Positions 13,105 to 25,190 of a DNA stretch of 64,000 bases are shown here, one piece after another (position 1 is the first letter of the stretch; every line of letters begins with the position of its first letter). Source of the stretch: Sphyrna mokarran (Eukaryota). The translations under genes and the position numbers were made by a program. The notes beneath the pieces are model-generated. The model made no database searches, was not told where the DNA came from, and saw only the letters and a program-made list of their open reading frames with translations. Location: positions 32,922,001 to 32,986,000 of the forward strand of contig JAGIQG010000022.1 in NCBI GenBank assembly GCA_024679065.1, given 5' to 3'.

Positions 13105-13450
13105 GGCAGCACGGTAGCACAGTGGTTAACACTGCTGCTTCAGAGCTCCAGGAACCTGGGTTCGATTCCCGGCTTGGGTCACTTGGAGTTTGCACGTTCT
13201 TCTCATGTCTGTGTAGATTTCCTCTAGGTGCTCCAGTTTCCTCCCACAGTCCAAAGATGTGCAGATTAGATTGATTGGCCATGCTAAAAGTTGCTCTTAA
13301 TGTCCTGGGATGCATAGGTTAAAGGCATTAGTGGGTAAATATGTAGAAATATAGGGGTAGGGCCTAGGTGGGATTGTGGTTGGTGCAGACTCGATGGGCT
13401 GAATGGCCTCTTTCTATACTGTAGGGTTTCTACGATTTCTGTGATTTCCA
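13105..13450 (+). mobile_element. HE1-type V-SINE, full length, CR1-type tail
   Basis: A box TAGCACAGTGG, B box GGTTCGATTCC, V domain, tail GATGGGCTGAATGGCCTC...TTCTACGATTTCTGTGATTTC. Confidence 0.92.
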
Positions 13451-13700
13451 TATGTAAGTGTTGTTCTCGGTGTATGGGAATGACCCCACTAGGGAGCTTT
13501 TATCAAACAAAGTTTAATAAAAATAGTTAACAGTTAGAAAGAAAATTAGCAATAACTTGTACAAATTACAAATGAGGAAAAAAAAAACCATGATATTGTA
13601 CAAACCTTAACAACTAAATTAAATGTTCCAAATAAACAGCCCTCCTTATAAAGTGGGTAAAGTTTTATAAAGACAACCTTATTTGATGCACAATACTCTA

Positions 13701-13775
13701 TCAACACCAGGTTAAAGTCCAGCAGGTTTACTTAGTAGTATGAACTTGCGGAGCACTGATCCTTCATCAGGTGAG
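13701..13775 (-). mobile_element. Penelope-like terminal fragment with decayed minimal hammerhead
   Basis: Minus strand reads CTCAC-CTGATGA-A-GGATC-AGT-GCTCC-GCAA-GTTC; homologous to 6577-6650. Confidence 0.7.
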
Positions 13776-13784
13776 AAAGGATTT

Positions 13785-14230
13785 GAAATCCTTGAGGGAC
13801 TGAAGGAGATTTACCAGTGTTTTCCAGGGTTGAGGGACTTTAGTTACAAGGTTAATTTGGAATAGCGCGGGTAGTTCTCCTTGATGCAAAGGAGGTTTGG
13901 GGGGAAGTTTAATGGAAATGTACAAGATTATGCCAGATCGACAAAGAAACATTCAAGGATGATGCAAGGACTAGGAGACATGGATTTAATGTTTTGAGCA
14001 AAAGGTGCAGGGGGTTTGTGAGGAAGAATTTTCTTATGCAGCAAGAGATAATGACCTGGAACATGCTGCCCACAAATGTGGTGGAAATGGCACTGATCAT
14101 TGATTTCAAAAGGAAATTAATAGGCACAGGAAATAAACTTGGGCTATAGAGTGGGGGAATAGTATTGACTAGATATCTGTCAGAGAGCTGGAGTGGCCTT
14201 GATTGGTGGAACAATCTTCTCTGCGACTTA
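13785..14230 (+). mobile_element. CR1-clade LINE 3' end
   Basis: AGGAGATTTACCAG (RRFT motif), TACAAGATTATG, TTCAAAAGGAAATT. Confidence 0.8.
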
Positions 14231-14369
14231 ATGGCTCTATCTGCTGCTGAAAGTTTCATCCCGTGTCTTTGGCGCCTCAATCTAACTATTCCCTATCTCT
14301 CATGGCTGGTGTCCATATTCTGAAACCTGGCCATCTGCAGTTTGTGTGTCTTTGACTTACAGAAAGTCC

Positions 14370-14832
14370 CATTCACCTCTCAGCCTCCTGTTTGCTGTCT
14401 CCTGGTCAAACTTAACCTTGATTTTAAAATTTTCATCCTTGTTTTCAAATCCCTCTATGATTTCACTCCTCCTTATCTCTCGAATCTTTTTCCAGACAAA
14501 CCACTTTCTTGAAACAACTCTGTTGTTTAAACAAATTCTGGTTTCTTGTGTAACCCAAATTTTAATAGTTCCATCTTTGATGGCTATGCCTCCAGCTGTC
14601 TAGGTCTTATCTAGACAGGAAAGAGGAATTCTGTCTTCAAATCGTTCTAATTCTGCCACTTTTTCCTCCTTTCAGTTGTTCTTTTAGAACATACCTGTTT
14701 GACCAAACTTTGGCCATCTGCCCTCACATTGCTTTATCTGGCTCAGTGTCAAATGTTTGTGTTATAACTCTCCTGTGAAGCACCTTGCAATGTTTTACCA
14801 CATTAACACACTTGGTAAATACAAGTTGTTGT
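14370..14832 (+). mobile_element. L2-clade LINE 3' end
   Basis: TTTAAAATTTTCATCCTTGTTTTCAAATCC (FKI.ILVFK) and tail CTCCTGTGAAGCACCTTG...AAATACAAGTTGTTGT. Confidence 0.8.
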
Positions 14833-15371
14833 CTCATTTCCGCTCTCATTTGCGGTGCAGTGGCACTATTGATTCAACAATACAACCTTTGGTGGAGGGA
14901 CCAGTGTCAGTGAGTGTTAGCAATTTGATCATCGTAACCTCACTGTTACTGACAGCAATAAAGTAGCAAAGTGTCTGGAATAGTGCTTCCAGACTGTGTT
15001 TCCCATATTAAAGATGAACTGTATCCTGACGTATTGGGCCATTCTCCGAAGGAATGCATGCATGGCTCTCGGCCAATTCTTGTTTCCTTCATTTATATCT
15101 TTTAATTCTCACGTTGTTGATTTACTTCAGGACATATTACCTTTGCACGTGAATGCTCAAGAAGAGATTCTACCCCAGTTTACTTTGCTTCTGACGCTGC
15201 TAGAACAGTGTAACCAGGGATAAACCAGTTAATCTCTCTGTATCATCCATTGTTATATTTAAGATTATGGTCCAGTTCAGAGAACTGTACTGCTCTTTCA
15301 AATAATGTCATGTACCTAGCACTGGCAGCTATGCTAAATGTGTACAAGCAGTTGTGACTATATATTCTTGT

Positions 15372-15532
15372 TGGATTTCAAGAAGAAATTAGATATAGCG
15401 CTTGGGGTTAAAGGGACCAAGGCATGTGGAGGAAAGACAAGATCAGGATTTTGAATTTGAAGATCAGGCATGATCAAAATGAATGGTGGTATAGGCTCAA
15501 AGGGCTATATGGCCTACTCCTGCATCTATGTT
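15372..15532 (+). mobile_element. CR1 3' tail
   Basis: GATCAGGCATGATC...GGCTCAAAGGGCTATATGGCCTACTCCTGC. Confidence 0.8.
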
Positions 15533-18500
15533 GATCACGTTGACATAAACTGTCTTGAACTTCACTGCGTCTGTGCGTCAGAACCAATTACTTCCTGTTC
15601 CAATACAGCTATTGGAAGAGTTGAAAGGAGTGGAGCTGTTGTACATTGAATGATCTCTCTCTGATTGAATATAAGTTTGGGCAGGCTTGCTACCGCTCTA
15701 CAGTAGTCAGGATCAATACAGACACCTTTCCCTCCACTTTCAGAAGAGGGAACCTGGCATTCCTTCAAAATCAAAGGAACTAAATGTGTAATCTAATCTG
15801 CTACCTCTCTACTTTCTACTGAAGCTTAAATATCAAAAAGTGAGGGCAGGAACAATGATGTCCAACTGAACTATGCCTGTGCAGCAGGAAACTGAGATTC
15901 CTCCACTATGCATTGTGTTTAGAGTCTTTGATTTCCTGCTATGTTTATATAAAAATTGGCCAAGATTTAGATAAACAGTTTTGCTTCCAGTGTGACCAAG
16001 AGTGCTGAGCTGGATTTGACTGCTTCACATGTTTTTCTCTGCCATACTGTTCATTCCATCAAAGCTTCACAACCTATTGGTAAAAACAGCTGTCACTCAT
16101 ACTGTGTTGTGAATATATTGTATTTATCATTTTTTGCCATCCTAGGGTCACATTCACAATATGTGATTCAACTACAACAGCTTTCATTTATGTAGCACCC
16201 TGAATGTAGCATAGTATCCATTATGTCACTATAAGTGACAGAACCAGTTGCTGATGCAGATTCCCATTGAAAAATCAGAGTTTTTTCAGTGTGGAATCCA
16301 GCCAGCTGCAGCTGGGGCAGTGTGTCAACCCTGGCCTGTCATACTAGCAATGTTGCTGTAAAAGTAGTGCTTGCTCCCAGAGTTTAACTTGATGAGATGC
16401 CCAAACTTGTAGTTGAACACATGCTGTGGTTATTTCCTCAGTGCTGTGCTGGACAGCTCCTCGTAAACCACAGCTTGCAGTTGTCCTAGCGAGGAATTCC
16501 CCTGTTTAATAAAAGCTGTAACTATTTAAAAAGGGAAGGGTTTGCTTTTTTCAAAATTATTTTACACTATTGAAGGTTCGTCTATAGTCAGACTGTATCT
16601 CCTAGCTGATGCTTGATGATAAGCAGTACGTTTACAGCTCAGCAGAGATATTGGCAAATCAGCCCTTCAGATTACCCAAGTAGAATTTTAAAATCTTGTG
16701 TGCGAATATAAATTGGTGGGAGTTCAGTTTGAACTGACAAACAAATGCTGTTGCTTATTTCAATGCAATGGGTTAGTGGCTCGTTGATTTGAATCAAATG
16801 GGCCTGGATAAGATACTGTGTGAGAGAGTAAGTGCAATCTCGATGGGCTGAATGGTGCCTCCTGCATTGTAAAGATTCTATTCATCTACGATATGCTAGG
16901 AATAGAGGATTCTAATGGCGTTCCATCTAGAAATTTATTCACTTTGTAAGAAATAACCTCATCACGTTTGTTTCCACAAACTCAAGCGAATCCAATTTGC
17001 CTGGCAAATAGTGTGCTCTGACATGATGAATTGCTGCAGTGCAGATTGTACCCGACTATGGGGTACTACCATGGTGGAGTGTGTATACTATTGTGTGGGT
17101 TGTGCCCTGGTTTCTGTACACTTTTATGAAAGCATTGTATAGTGTCCTGCTACGAGGATGCTGTTTCCTGAGTTGTTTCAATTCAACCCTATTCCAAGTG
17201 TGTAACAATAAAGGAGATTTCCATTTAAATGTATAGTTTTACAGTCTGTACATAGTGCCGACTTTACCAGCTAATTCATGGCTCCACTTTCGCCTTCACA
17301 GATGCTAATCAGCTTATTGTTCACCTAAAGGGGTCAGATTAACAGACACTTCATTATTCAGGTTTAGGGTGTGAGCCATGTATTATAAATGATGCATTCT
17401 GATCAGTGTCAGTTTTATTAACCAGAGCCCCACTCCACACAGCTCTCACTAAGTCTGGATAGAGACACCAGGATCAGATTCAACAATGATGCTCCTCTTT
17501 GTTGAATAGCTTACCAATGGACCTAGCATGGAGGAAAAGGGAGAAAGTTTATGTGGTGGAAGTTGGGACTGCGTGGATGTAGTGTTCCTTTCAAATTTTC
17601 CTTCTATAGATGGGGTGAACCACAAACTTCTCTGAATGTGACTGTTTTTTTGTCCATGGGCAGATTACATTTTAAAATTCACTGAAAGTCACAAAGTTGT
17701 CTATTTATTTCAATACATCCCAGAATGTTTTGTGGCCATGTGTATACATCTTCAAGGAAACATTGCCTGCCTCTCATTGGTTCATAACATCTCCTCAGAG
17801 GTCTCCACCTCCCATTAATCTGAATCCATCTTGACTCTAATAGGCCACGTTATTCTCTTTTTGCAAGCCTGAATTCAGCTCTGCCTTCTCACACCCCACC
17901 AGCACTGTCCTTAGTTGTATCACAGTTGTGCTGTTAACTCTCCTTTCCCAATGCATTTGAGAGGTGATGAAATATACAAAGAGTGGGAAGGATGGACAGA
18001 GCTGAAAATCTGGACTTGGATCATAGATGTTATCATACTGGACAATGATATGGAACTATTAATCTGGTCCCTCATCTATTATCCATTGACAGTTTCAGCT
18101 GTGTGACTTAGCTAATGCTTAAGTTAGCTGTTCATTGGTCGTATTCCATATGTAAAGCTATAACTCAAACAACGCCACAAATCTGCCCAGAAAGCATTAG
18201 GTTCTCTTTGAGATTAAATCCATTGAGGAGCTTCAGTACATACTGTGTGTGCCTGCGTTCGTTCGTTCATCTGACCATGATGGGACATGCCCACTGGGAG
18301 TGTTGTCATTCCTTTTGCACTATTTGCAATCCCAGGTTGACTGCAGAGTCATTGAGAGCTGCTGAATGAGGAGTACTTCCAAATCTTGCAGTGAGCTTTC
18401 ACTTTGAATAACCCGTGCTTCAGCTTTAGATGGGTTACAGCCCAACTAACTATTTGGTTAGGAGGTCTCTCTCAACTGATAAGTTGATCTTTCTTTCTGG

Positions 18501-19169
18501 TTAAAATTACAACCAGACTAGCTGTGCATTCCAGGATTTTCTATCTATATTTTAGATTTCGAGCCTTCAACTTTTCTTTTTGTTCACAACTACTAGTTGC
18601 ATTCACAGGAATAAGCCATTGGCTTTTTGGCAACTTAATGAGGAGATAACAGCAAGAACCAGTTGTGTTACTTAGTACACACAACCTCTCTGTACAGTAT
18701 GACAGTGCCTCACCTGAGGGGATCAATGAATGATATATCTGAATTTCTGTAATATGGCCAAGTGTTTTTCTTACAAATGCTCAATGCGTAACATGAAGCT
18801 GAATAGCAAGAATAAAACTTTGGATATTGACAGTGAAACTAGAGACATCAAAATCAGTCTCTATTTTTGCATTTTCCTCTGCTCCAGTATATCTTTGGGT
18901 TAGTTTTTCTCCTTCTTCATATCACAGCTTGAAGGTTCTACTTATCTGCTGCATTTCTACTCCTTCTCCAACACCCGCTTCCTCCACTTAGCCAAACTTA
19001 GTGGTCTAAGATCTGATTATTTTTCTGATTTCTGGGAGACATTACAGTTTGTGTTTTATTTAGATCTCGAAGATGAAAGGTTGGAGATGTTGACCTTGAA
19101 CATCTGTACCAGTGTGTGTATAAAGTCACTGCAGAAGCTGTTTTCTGATCAGAAATTTCCTTGTGTATT

Positions 19170-19322
19170 TTGATCTTTGATGTGATCTGCTCACCAGATC
19201 CAGAGTAACCACAGTGTATGTAAACAAGAGCCAGCTGTGTAGCTACATAGAATTTCCTGCGTGCGTGAACTAGGGGTCAGTTAGAAAGTGAAGTGCAGAT
19301 GGAGGAATGGGCAAACGTGAGT
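19170..19322 (+). promoter_or_regulatory. Candidate haematopoietic-type enhancer/promoter with a short ATG-to-donor exon (19299-19316)
   Basis: CTTTGAT (TCF/LEF), AACCACA (RUNX), GTAAACA (FOX), CAGCTG (E-box), TTTCCTG (ETS) and GAAAGTGAAG (IRF-like) within about 120 nt, then ATGGAGGAATGGGCAAAC|GTGAGT. Confidence 0.3.
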
Positions 19323-19474
19323 TTTTTTTTAGTTTTTGAAGGACATGACACGTTTTGACACAGAATTTCTGCAGACAGGAATGACGTTTTGGGGCTTTGT
19401 AGTATTCTAATCGATAGCCTTGGTTTTGCTTTTAATTTCATCTGGATGTTGAAGCCATTTGGAAATGTTTGATT

Positions 19475-20590
19475 TTTTTTTCATCAGTTGTGAACCATAC
19501 TGGCAAGGCCAGCATTTATTGTCCATTTCTAGTTCCTCTTCTGAAGATGATATGAGCTACAGTCCATGTGGTGTCTGTACATCCAAAGAGCTCTTAGGAA
19601 TTGAGTTCCAGGACTTTGATCCAGTGACGGTGTGGGAAGGGTGACTTAGTTCCATGTCAGGGTTGTCTGTGTTTTATAAGACAAATTATAAGTGATGGTG
19701 TTTCCATGTGTCTGCTGCCCTTATAATTCTAGATGGTAGAAGCCATGGGTTTGTAAGATGCTGTTGAAAGAGGCCTGGTGAGTTGTTGCAGTGTATTACG
19801 TAGTGCTACTATTATGTATCAGTTGTAGAGAGAGCGAATGTTTAAGATGGTGCTTGGCATGTCGATCAAGCAAACTGCTTTGTTCTGGATGGCATTGAGC
19901 TTCAGTGTAGTTGGAGCTGAACTCATTCAAGCAAGTGAAGAGCATTCCATCACATTTTCTTGTATTGGTTGATGTGGGCCAGGCTTTGGAAATCAGGAGT
20001 TATTCACTACAGAATGCCCAACCTCTGACCTGCTCTTGTACCCACTATATTACTGTGACTGGTTCAATTATGTTTTTGGCCAATGTTGTTGGTGATATCA
20101 ACAGTGGTTATGCCATTGAATGTCATGGGCTAATGGTTAGATTCTCTTTTGTTGGAGATTGTCATTGGCTGGCATATGTGTAGCGTGAATATTGCCAGTT
20201 GTCAGTCAAAGCTTGAATATTGTCCAGCCCTTAATGCATGCAGGCATGGACTGAGTTATAAGTGGAATTGATACATTTGTTAAGGGAGATCGTACTTGGG
20301 GTTACTTGTCCTTATTTGAGCTAATGTATGATTCATCATGGAGGTCTGGAGTTTGTTTCCCTCAGAAACACTTTCCTGACTGTATACTTCACGCTGCTAC
20401 TCCTGAGGGTCTGTCCTGCAGGTGGGACAAGGCATTTGTACAGATGATAATGAAGACGTCTGAACGTTGCTGTATGGTATGATTTGGTGTGCTGTTTGAT
20501 GAGGTTGTTTGTCAGCTCTTCCAGCTTTGTCACAGCTCTGAAAATGTTTGTAAGAAGAACTTTGCAGTGTCAGCTGAGCTGGGTGCGTTG
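19475..20590 (-). mobile_element. Internally deleted shark CR1/L2-group LINE (APE N-terminus joined to RT C-terminus and tail)
   Basis: Tail GGCAAGGCCAGCATTTATTG; ORF 20336-20533 TKLEELTNNLIKQ resembles the APE start; shared with 26279 and 38641. Confidence 0.8.
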
Positions 20591-20718
20591 TTGTCCACCT
20601 GAGCACTCGTATGCTTGTAAGTGCAGTATGAAGATGGCAAGTGATATCACTGACAACGGGGTGATAGTCATTGACGTCTGGATGCTGACTGTTTTGGCAT
20701 TGAGAGAGACAAGCAGTT

Positions 20719-20814
20719 ATGGAAAGCTCAGCTGGCCTTGAAGAAGATCCAGAGGAAGAACAGGTCAGTGAATTGTGCATCTTCGGCCCACTTTCTGTTC
20801 CTGAGCCCTACCAG
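20719..20814 (+). CDS. Candidate alternative first coding exon, MESSAGLEEDPEEEQVSELCIFGPLSVPEPYQ (host gene unknown)
   Basis: GTTATGG Kozak context, in-frame TGA upstream at 20701, 32 open codons, consensus donor CAG|GTAAGA, phase 0; no homology recognised. Confidence 0.3.
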
Positions 20815-20974
20815 GTAAGACTTAATGCAGAGTTGGCCACCACGATGAAACCATCATTTTACAAGATGCAAGGCTGCCACTGAAGCATCATATAGGCTGG
20901 GTGCCCTGTTTTTTTTTTGGTGCTTAGATTGTTGTTGGGTGGTGTGGATGTTTTTTTTTTCTAATTTTTCTGCA

Positions 20975-21195
20975 ACAGTTCAATACAACTGAGAAGTTTT
21001 CTAGATCATTTCAGAAGACAGCTAAGAGTCAAGGAAGGGCATTAGTGAACTATATAGATTTTTATGATCATCTAGCAGTTTCAGCATCACCATAGCTTTT
21101 AATTAATTGAATTTAATTTCCACCAGCCATCTTGCTATAATTTGAATGTCTGTCCCTCTGAATTACCAGTCCAGAAATATAACCAGCATCCATCG
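20975..21195 (-). mobile_element. Decayed copy of the 2741-type SINE
   Basis: Inverted blocks TAAGAGTCAA, CATTAGTGAAC, TTGAATTTAATTTCCACCAG, TTACCAGTCCAG. Confidence 0.6.
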
Positions 21196-21401
21196 CCAAC
21201 AACAATAGGGACTTGTCTAGATTATGATGTTTTCTGTGAGTTTACCTATGTGTATCAGTTTTGGAGGAGAAGGAACAATGAAGGGAAAAATAGTGAGGCA
21301 TCATTTAAAACAGGTACGCTCCATCAGATATCACTTTGCATCCCTGATCCATTTGAAGTTTGAATCTCGGTGACCTGATGTAAATGGATGGTTCATGAGA
21401 T

Positions 21402-21500
21402 TTTTATTCTTGCACAAGATGTAAGCATCACTGGCAAGACCAGCATTTGTTGTCCATCCCTAATTCTCTTTGAGATGATAACAGTGATCTGCTTTCTTGG
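21402..21500 (-). mobile_element. LINE 3' tail fragment (19475 family)
   Basis: CTGGCAAGACCAGCATTTGTTGTCCATCCCTAATT. Confidence 0.7.
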
Positions 21501-21510
21501 ACAGCATGAC

Positions 21511-21800
21511 CAGCATGATGGCACAGTGATTAGCCCTGCTATCTCACAGTGCCAGGGACCCAGGTTCGATTCCTGGCTTGGGTCACTGGCTGTTTGAAGT
21601 TCGCACGTTCTTCACATGTTTGCATGGGTTTCCTCTGAGTGCTCTGGTTTCCTCTCTCAGTCTGAAAGATGTACTAGTTAGGTGCATTGACCATGCTCAA
21701 TTCTTCCTCTGCAGCTGCTGGAATGATGGGGACTAGTGGATTTTCACAGTAATTTTATTGGAGTTAATGTGAGCCTTACTTGTGACTAATAAATAAATTA
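21511..21800 (+). mobile_element. V-SINE with alternative tail
   Basis: TGGCACAGTGA A box, GGTTCGATTCC B box, tail TTTTCACAGTAA...CTTGTGACTAATAAATAAA. Confidence 0.9.
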
Positions 21801-22163
21801 CCTCCAGCTGAGCCTTATGTCTCCTGTTCTACCATTGCAAAGCCCGAACAGGGGGCGGGGCGGGGGGGTGGTAGTGGGGAGGTGGAAAGCAGAGGGGCAA
21901 AAAGTTACTGCCGAAAAATTCTGCTGCGGATTCCAGAGACCATTAATTGAAGCTTCTAAAAGCACAGTCTGAATTCAAATGGTTATCTTTCTTGCTTACT
22001 GATGTTTGGAGTATTAAAGATCCTTCATGCTGTCAGTATACTCCAACCCAAAGTCAGATTCGTTCTGATGAGTCTTGTGCACCACAATTACCGAAAACCT
22101 TTTTGATTTGATTTATTGTTGTCATGTATTGGGAGACAGTGAAAAATATTGTTTCCTATACAA

Positions 22164-22464
22164 GGTGGCACGATGGTACAGTGGCTAACGCTGCTGTCAC
22201 ACAACACTAGATTTGATTCCTAGCTTAGGTCACTGTGTGGAGTTTGTACATTCTCCCCATGTCTACGTGCGTTTCCTCTGGGTGCTTCAGTTTCTTCCCA
22301 CAGTCTAAAGATGTTTAGTTTAAGTGGATTGGCCATGCTAAATTGTCCCTTAGCTAATCCCCCTCACACTAAGGTAAATGCATGGGGTTATCGGAAAGGA
22401 GCTTGGGTGGGATTGTGGTCAGTGCAGACTTGATGGCCACCTTCTGTACTGTAGGTTTCTATGA
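22164..22464 (+). mobile_element. HE1-type V-SINE, CR1-type tail
   Basis: Head, V domain GTGGAGTTTGTACATTCTCCCC and tail CTTCTGTACTGTAGGTTTCTATGA. Confidence 0.88.
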
Positions 22465-23439
22465 AAACATAGCATTCATATAGTATAGAGGGGAGAAGTA
22501 AAGAGAGAGGATGCAGATTATAGTCTTAAACGTTACTAGAAAGTTTAAAAGAGTTAGAATGAAGTTTTAAGAGCATAGAACAAAAGTAAAAGATTGAATT
22601 AGAGGGTTTGCTGGGGATCACTTGCAAGAAGACTTCTTGCTTCAGTGTCATCTTGGCTGTGAGTTTTGTGTATATGTGGAGATTTCCATTTTGCACTGCC
22701 CAACTTTCTCACATTTCTTATGCTGCACCCAAAAACTTCTGTATTGGTAGTTGTAATCATATTTTTGTTGCGCTATTTAGAAAATAAAGCAGTTCAACTT
22801 CAAAGATTTTCAGCAAATTTAATAGCATAAATAGGTCTTCACAGGCAGCGAGATCATCAATCTCAGCTTTGACTATTGTGGATTTGTTTTAAACCCACCT
22901 TTAAATTATGATTTGCTTCAGATGTTCTTAAAGGGTTCTGGTGCCTCTTAAATAATCTGATCACACTGGAATTATGCTATTGGGCTATTTGAGTTACCAA
23001 TCTTGTGACGTTATTCTGTCCCTTGACAAAAACAATGCTCAGACAGGGCAGTGCACTCCATGACAAACCCTGCAGCACTTACTTGTAACCACTTGGTTTC
23101 TCTTTCACCCAGTTGAGATGATTCAACATTATTCAATGCTCCCAAAACCACTTCAACCAACCAGTGGAGCCAAAGAAGGGGAAGAGTTGCACAGTTCAAG
23201 ATCCATTGCCCTCTCTGGAGCTGTTGACTTTAAGATATACTCTGTTCTCTGTTAGCATTCGCAATCTGTTACCTTTTCCCCCATTCAGAGAATCACCTCT
23301 GTCCCATTAAGATGAGAAGTGTTCTGTGAAATTGCAGCTTGGAGATAAAGATATGGTGGATTCACTACCATCTGTACTGAACTTTGATTTACTTCGATGA
23401 AGACAATAGAGTAGTATAATAGACACAACTACACGTCCT

Positions 23440-23598
23440 GACCAGGACTTTCTGGCTATTCGCGCAGCAGGATCCTGTTATCTGACCAGCACAGTTCCAC
23501 CATGGTTTTCCCAGTAGTGTGGAGTGGAGTCAATGGGAAATCCATGGACCATCTCCCACTGCGAGAAAGATCCACGGGAAGGCCAGGGAATCCTGCCC
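23440..23598. mobile_element. Possible MITE-like non-autonomous DNA transposon relic
   Basis: Imperfect terminal inverted repeats CAGGACTTTCTGGC / GCCAGGGAATCCTG around an internal CAATGGGAAATCC. Confidence 0.35.
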
Positions 23599-24399
23599 CT
23601 TGTGTTGGTGAACTATTTCATAAGGTCTAGTGTTTATCTCTCAAACTCTTAAGCAGGTGACTAAAAACTGGCACTGTGTGGCAGGCAATATCAAAGGGCT
23701 CTGAGGAGTGACTCTCTGGCTGGAATTGTATTAATTATAGGCATGTTTCTACCTTATCATGAAGGGAGGGTGTAAAATGCTGCCTAGTCATTAATGAAAG
23801 TGAGCTGACAATGGAGCCTTGTTCTTTGACATTGGGTAGCAGGGAGCTGATTAAAGTGTAACATACAGCACACAGATAAGGCTGAATTGGAACTCAAGGT
23901 TGGATTGTAGAGCATGGACTTTAACTCCTTCCTCGACTGTTGATCTTGGGTAACTGTGAATTCACCAATTATTTTCCAATTTATCCCTTTTTTTTTCCCA
24001 CCTCCCATCCCTACTGAAGATGTTAAACCTTGCTGGTGTATAATTGCAAAATTACCTAACACCTTCTAATAGCTCCCCAAGTAATCTAGCCATGGGTGTC
24101 AAAGCTGTTTGATCAGAGAGGCATCCTGTGGAATTTATACCTGACTGGGGACTGGGAATAATACACTAGAGAAGCCCTTTACTGATTTCTCCCCTCTTCC
24201 AGCTGTTGAGTGCAGTATTGTAATGCTAGTGTCTGCAAAATGAGCTGACTTGCCCCTTCCTCTGAAATTCCTACCCACAAACTCCTGTGCCTTGTCACTG
24301 TCCTTCCTGTTTTCATAATCCTCGTCTTTTAAAGAAGATAATCTTCAGCCTTGTTTTCAGCTCAAATCAACAGGTTTTGTTTCCTTCTTGCTCCATGTT

Positions 24400-25190
24400 C
24401 AGTTTTCCTCTTAGAAGAACTATGCAAATCATCTGACTCCACTGCTCTTTTCTGCAGCCCTTCAAATAATTGTCACTTTCCTTTTTAGAAGGTATTATTG
24501 AATTTCCACCACCCTCTCGGGCCGTGCTTTCCAGATTATAACAATGTGCTGCAATCCCACCTCCTCTCACCTCGTGTTCTGCCAATTACCTTAAATCTGG
24601 TGATCAGAAATCAACTGAAGCCTCATCAGTGATTGATAAAAATTTAACCTGACTTCCTTGTATTTGTACTCAATGCCTGTGTTTATAAAGTCAAGGATCT
24701 CGATGCTTATTAGCACTCTTTTCAACCTGCCCAAGCATTTTCAAAGGTTTGTGTACTCACAGCTCTCAGGTCTCTGTCGCTTTAATCCCTCTAAAATTGT
24801 ACCATATCTTTCATAGCGCCTTTCGTTTTTCCTAACAAAATACAGCACTTGCTGCAGCACATTTTCTATGTCCTCATGCTGCAGTTTTGTTTCATACGGA
24901 CTTTGAAATACGTCCTACACACACAGTTCCAAATCAAGAATGCATATAAAAAAAGAATTGTGATTTTAATACTACTTCCTGGGAAACCCCACTGTACAGC
25001 GATTCACTATCACTTTTTGCTATCTGTCCCTTAGCCAGTTTCAAATCCACACTGCCCTTTAATCTCTCAGGTTTCAACCTTGCAAGTAAGTTAAGTATGT
25101 GCTTTATCAGACATCTTTTGGAAGTGACTATGAACAAAATCAACTACACTACCCTCATCAAGTAATTCAACTTTAACCGTGTTTTTCCTT
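24400..25190 (-). mobile_element. Decayed CR1 LINE
   Basis: Inverted CR1 3' end and RT remnants; ORF 24934-25143 VTSKRCLIKHILNLLARLK aligns loosely to the DF.KAFD.V.H..L region. Confidence 0.65.

Noticed and set aside
13105-13175. tRNA-like A/B boxes
   Set aside because: SINE heads that continue into V domains; no complete cloverleaf, so not tRNA genes
13460-13700. A-rich segment that may be an LTR fragment
   Set aside because: No partner LTR, primer-binding site or coding remnant in the window to support it
19068-19105. GATGAAAGGTT...GACCTTGAAC hammerhead-like string
   Set aside because: Both core boxes are broken and no clear Penelope flank is visible
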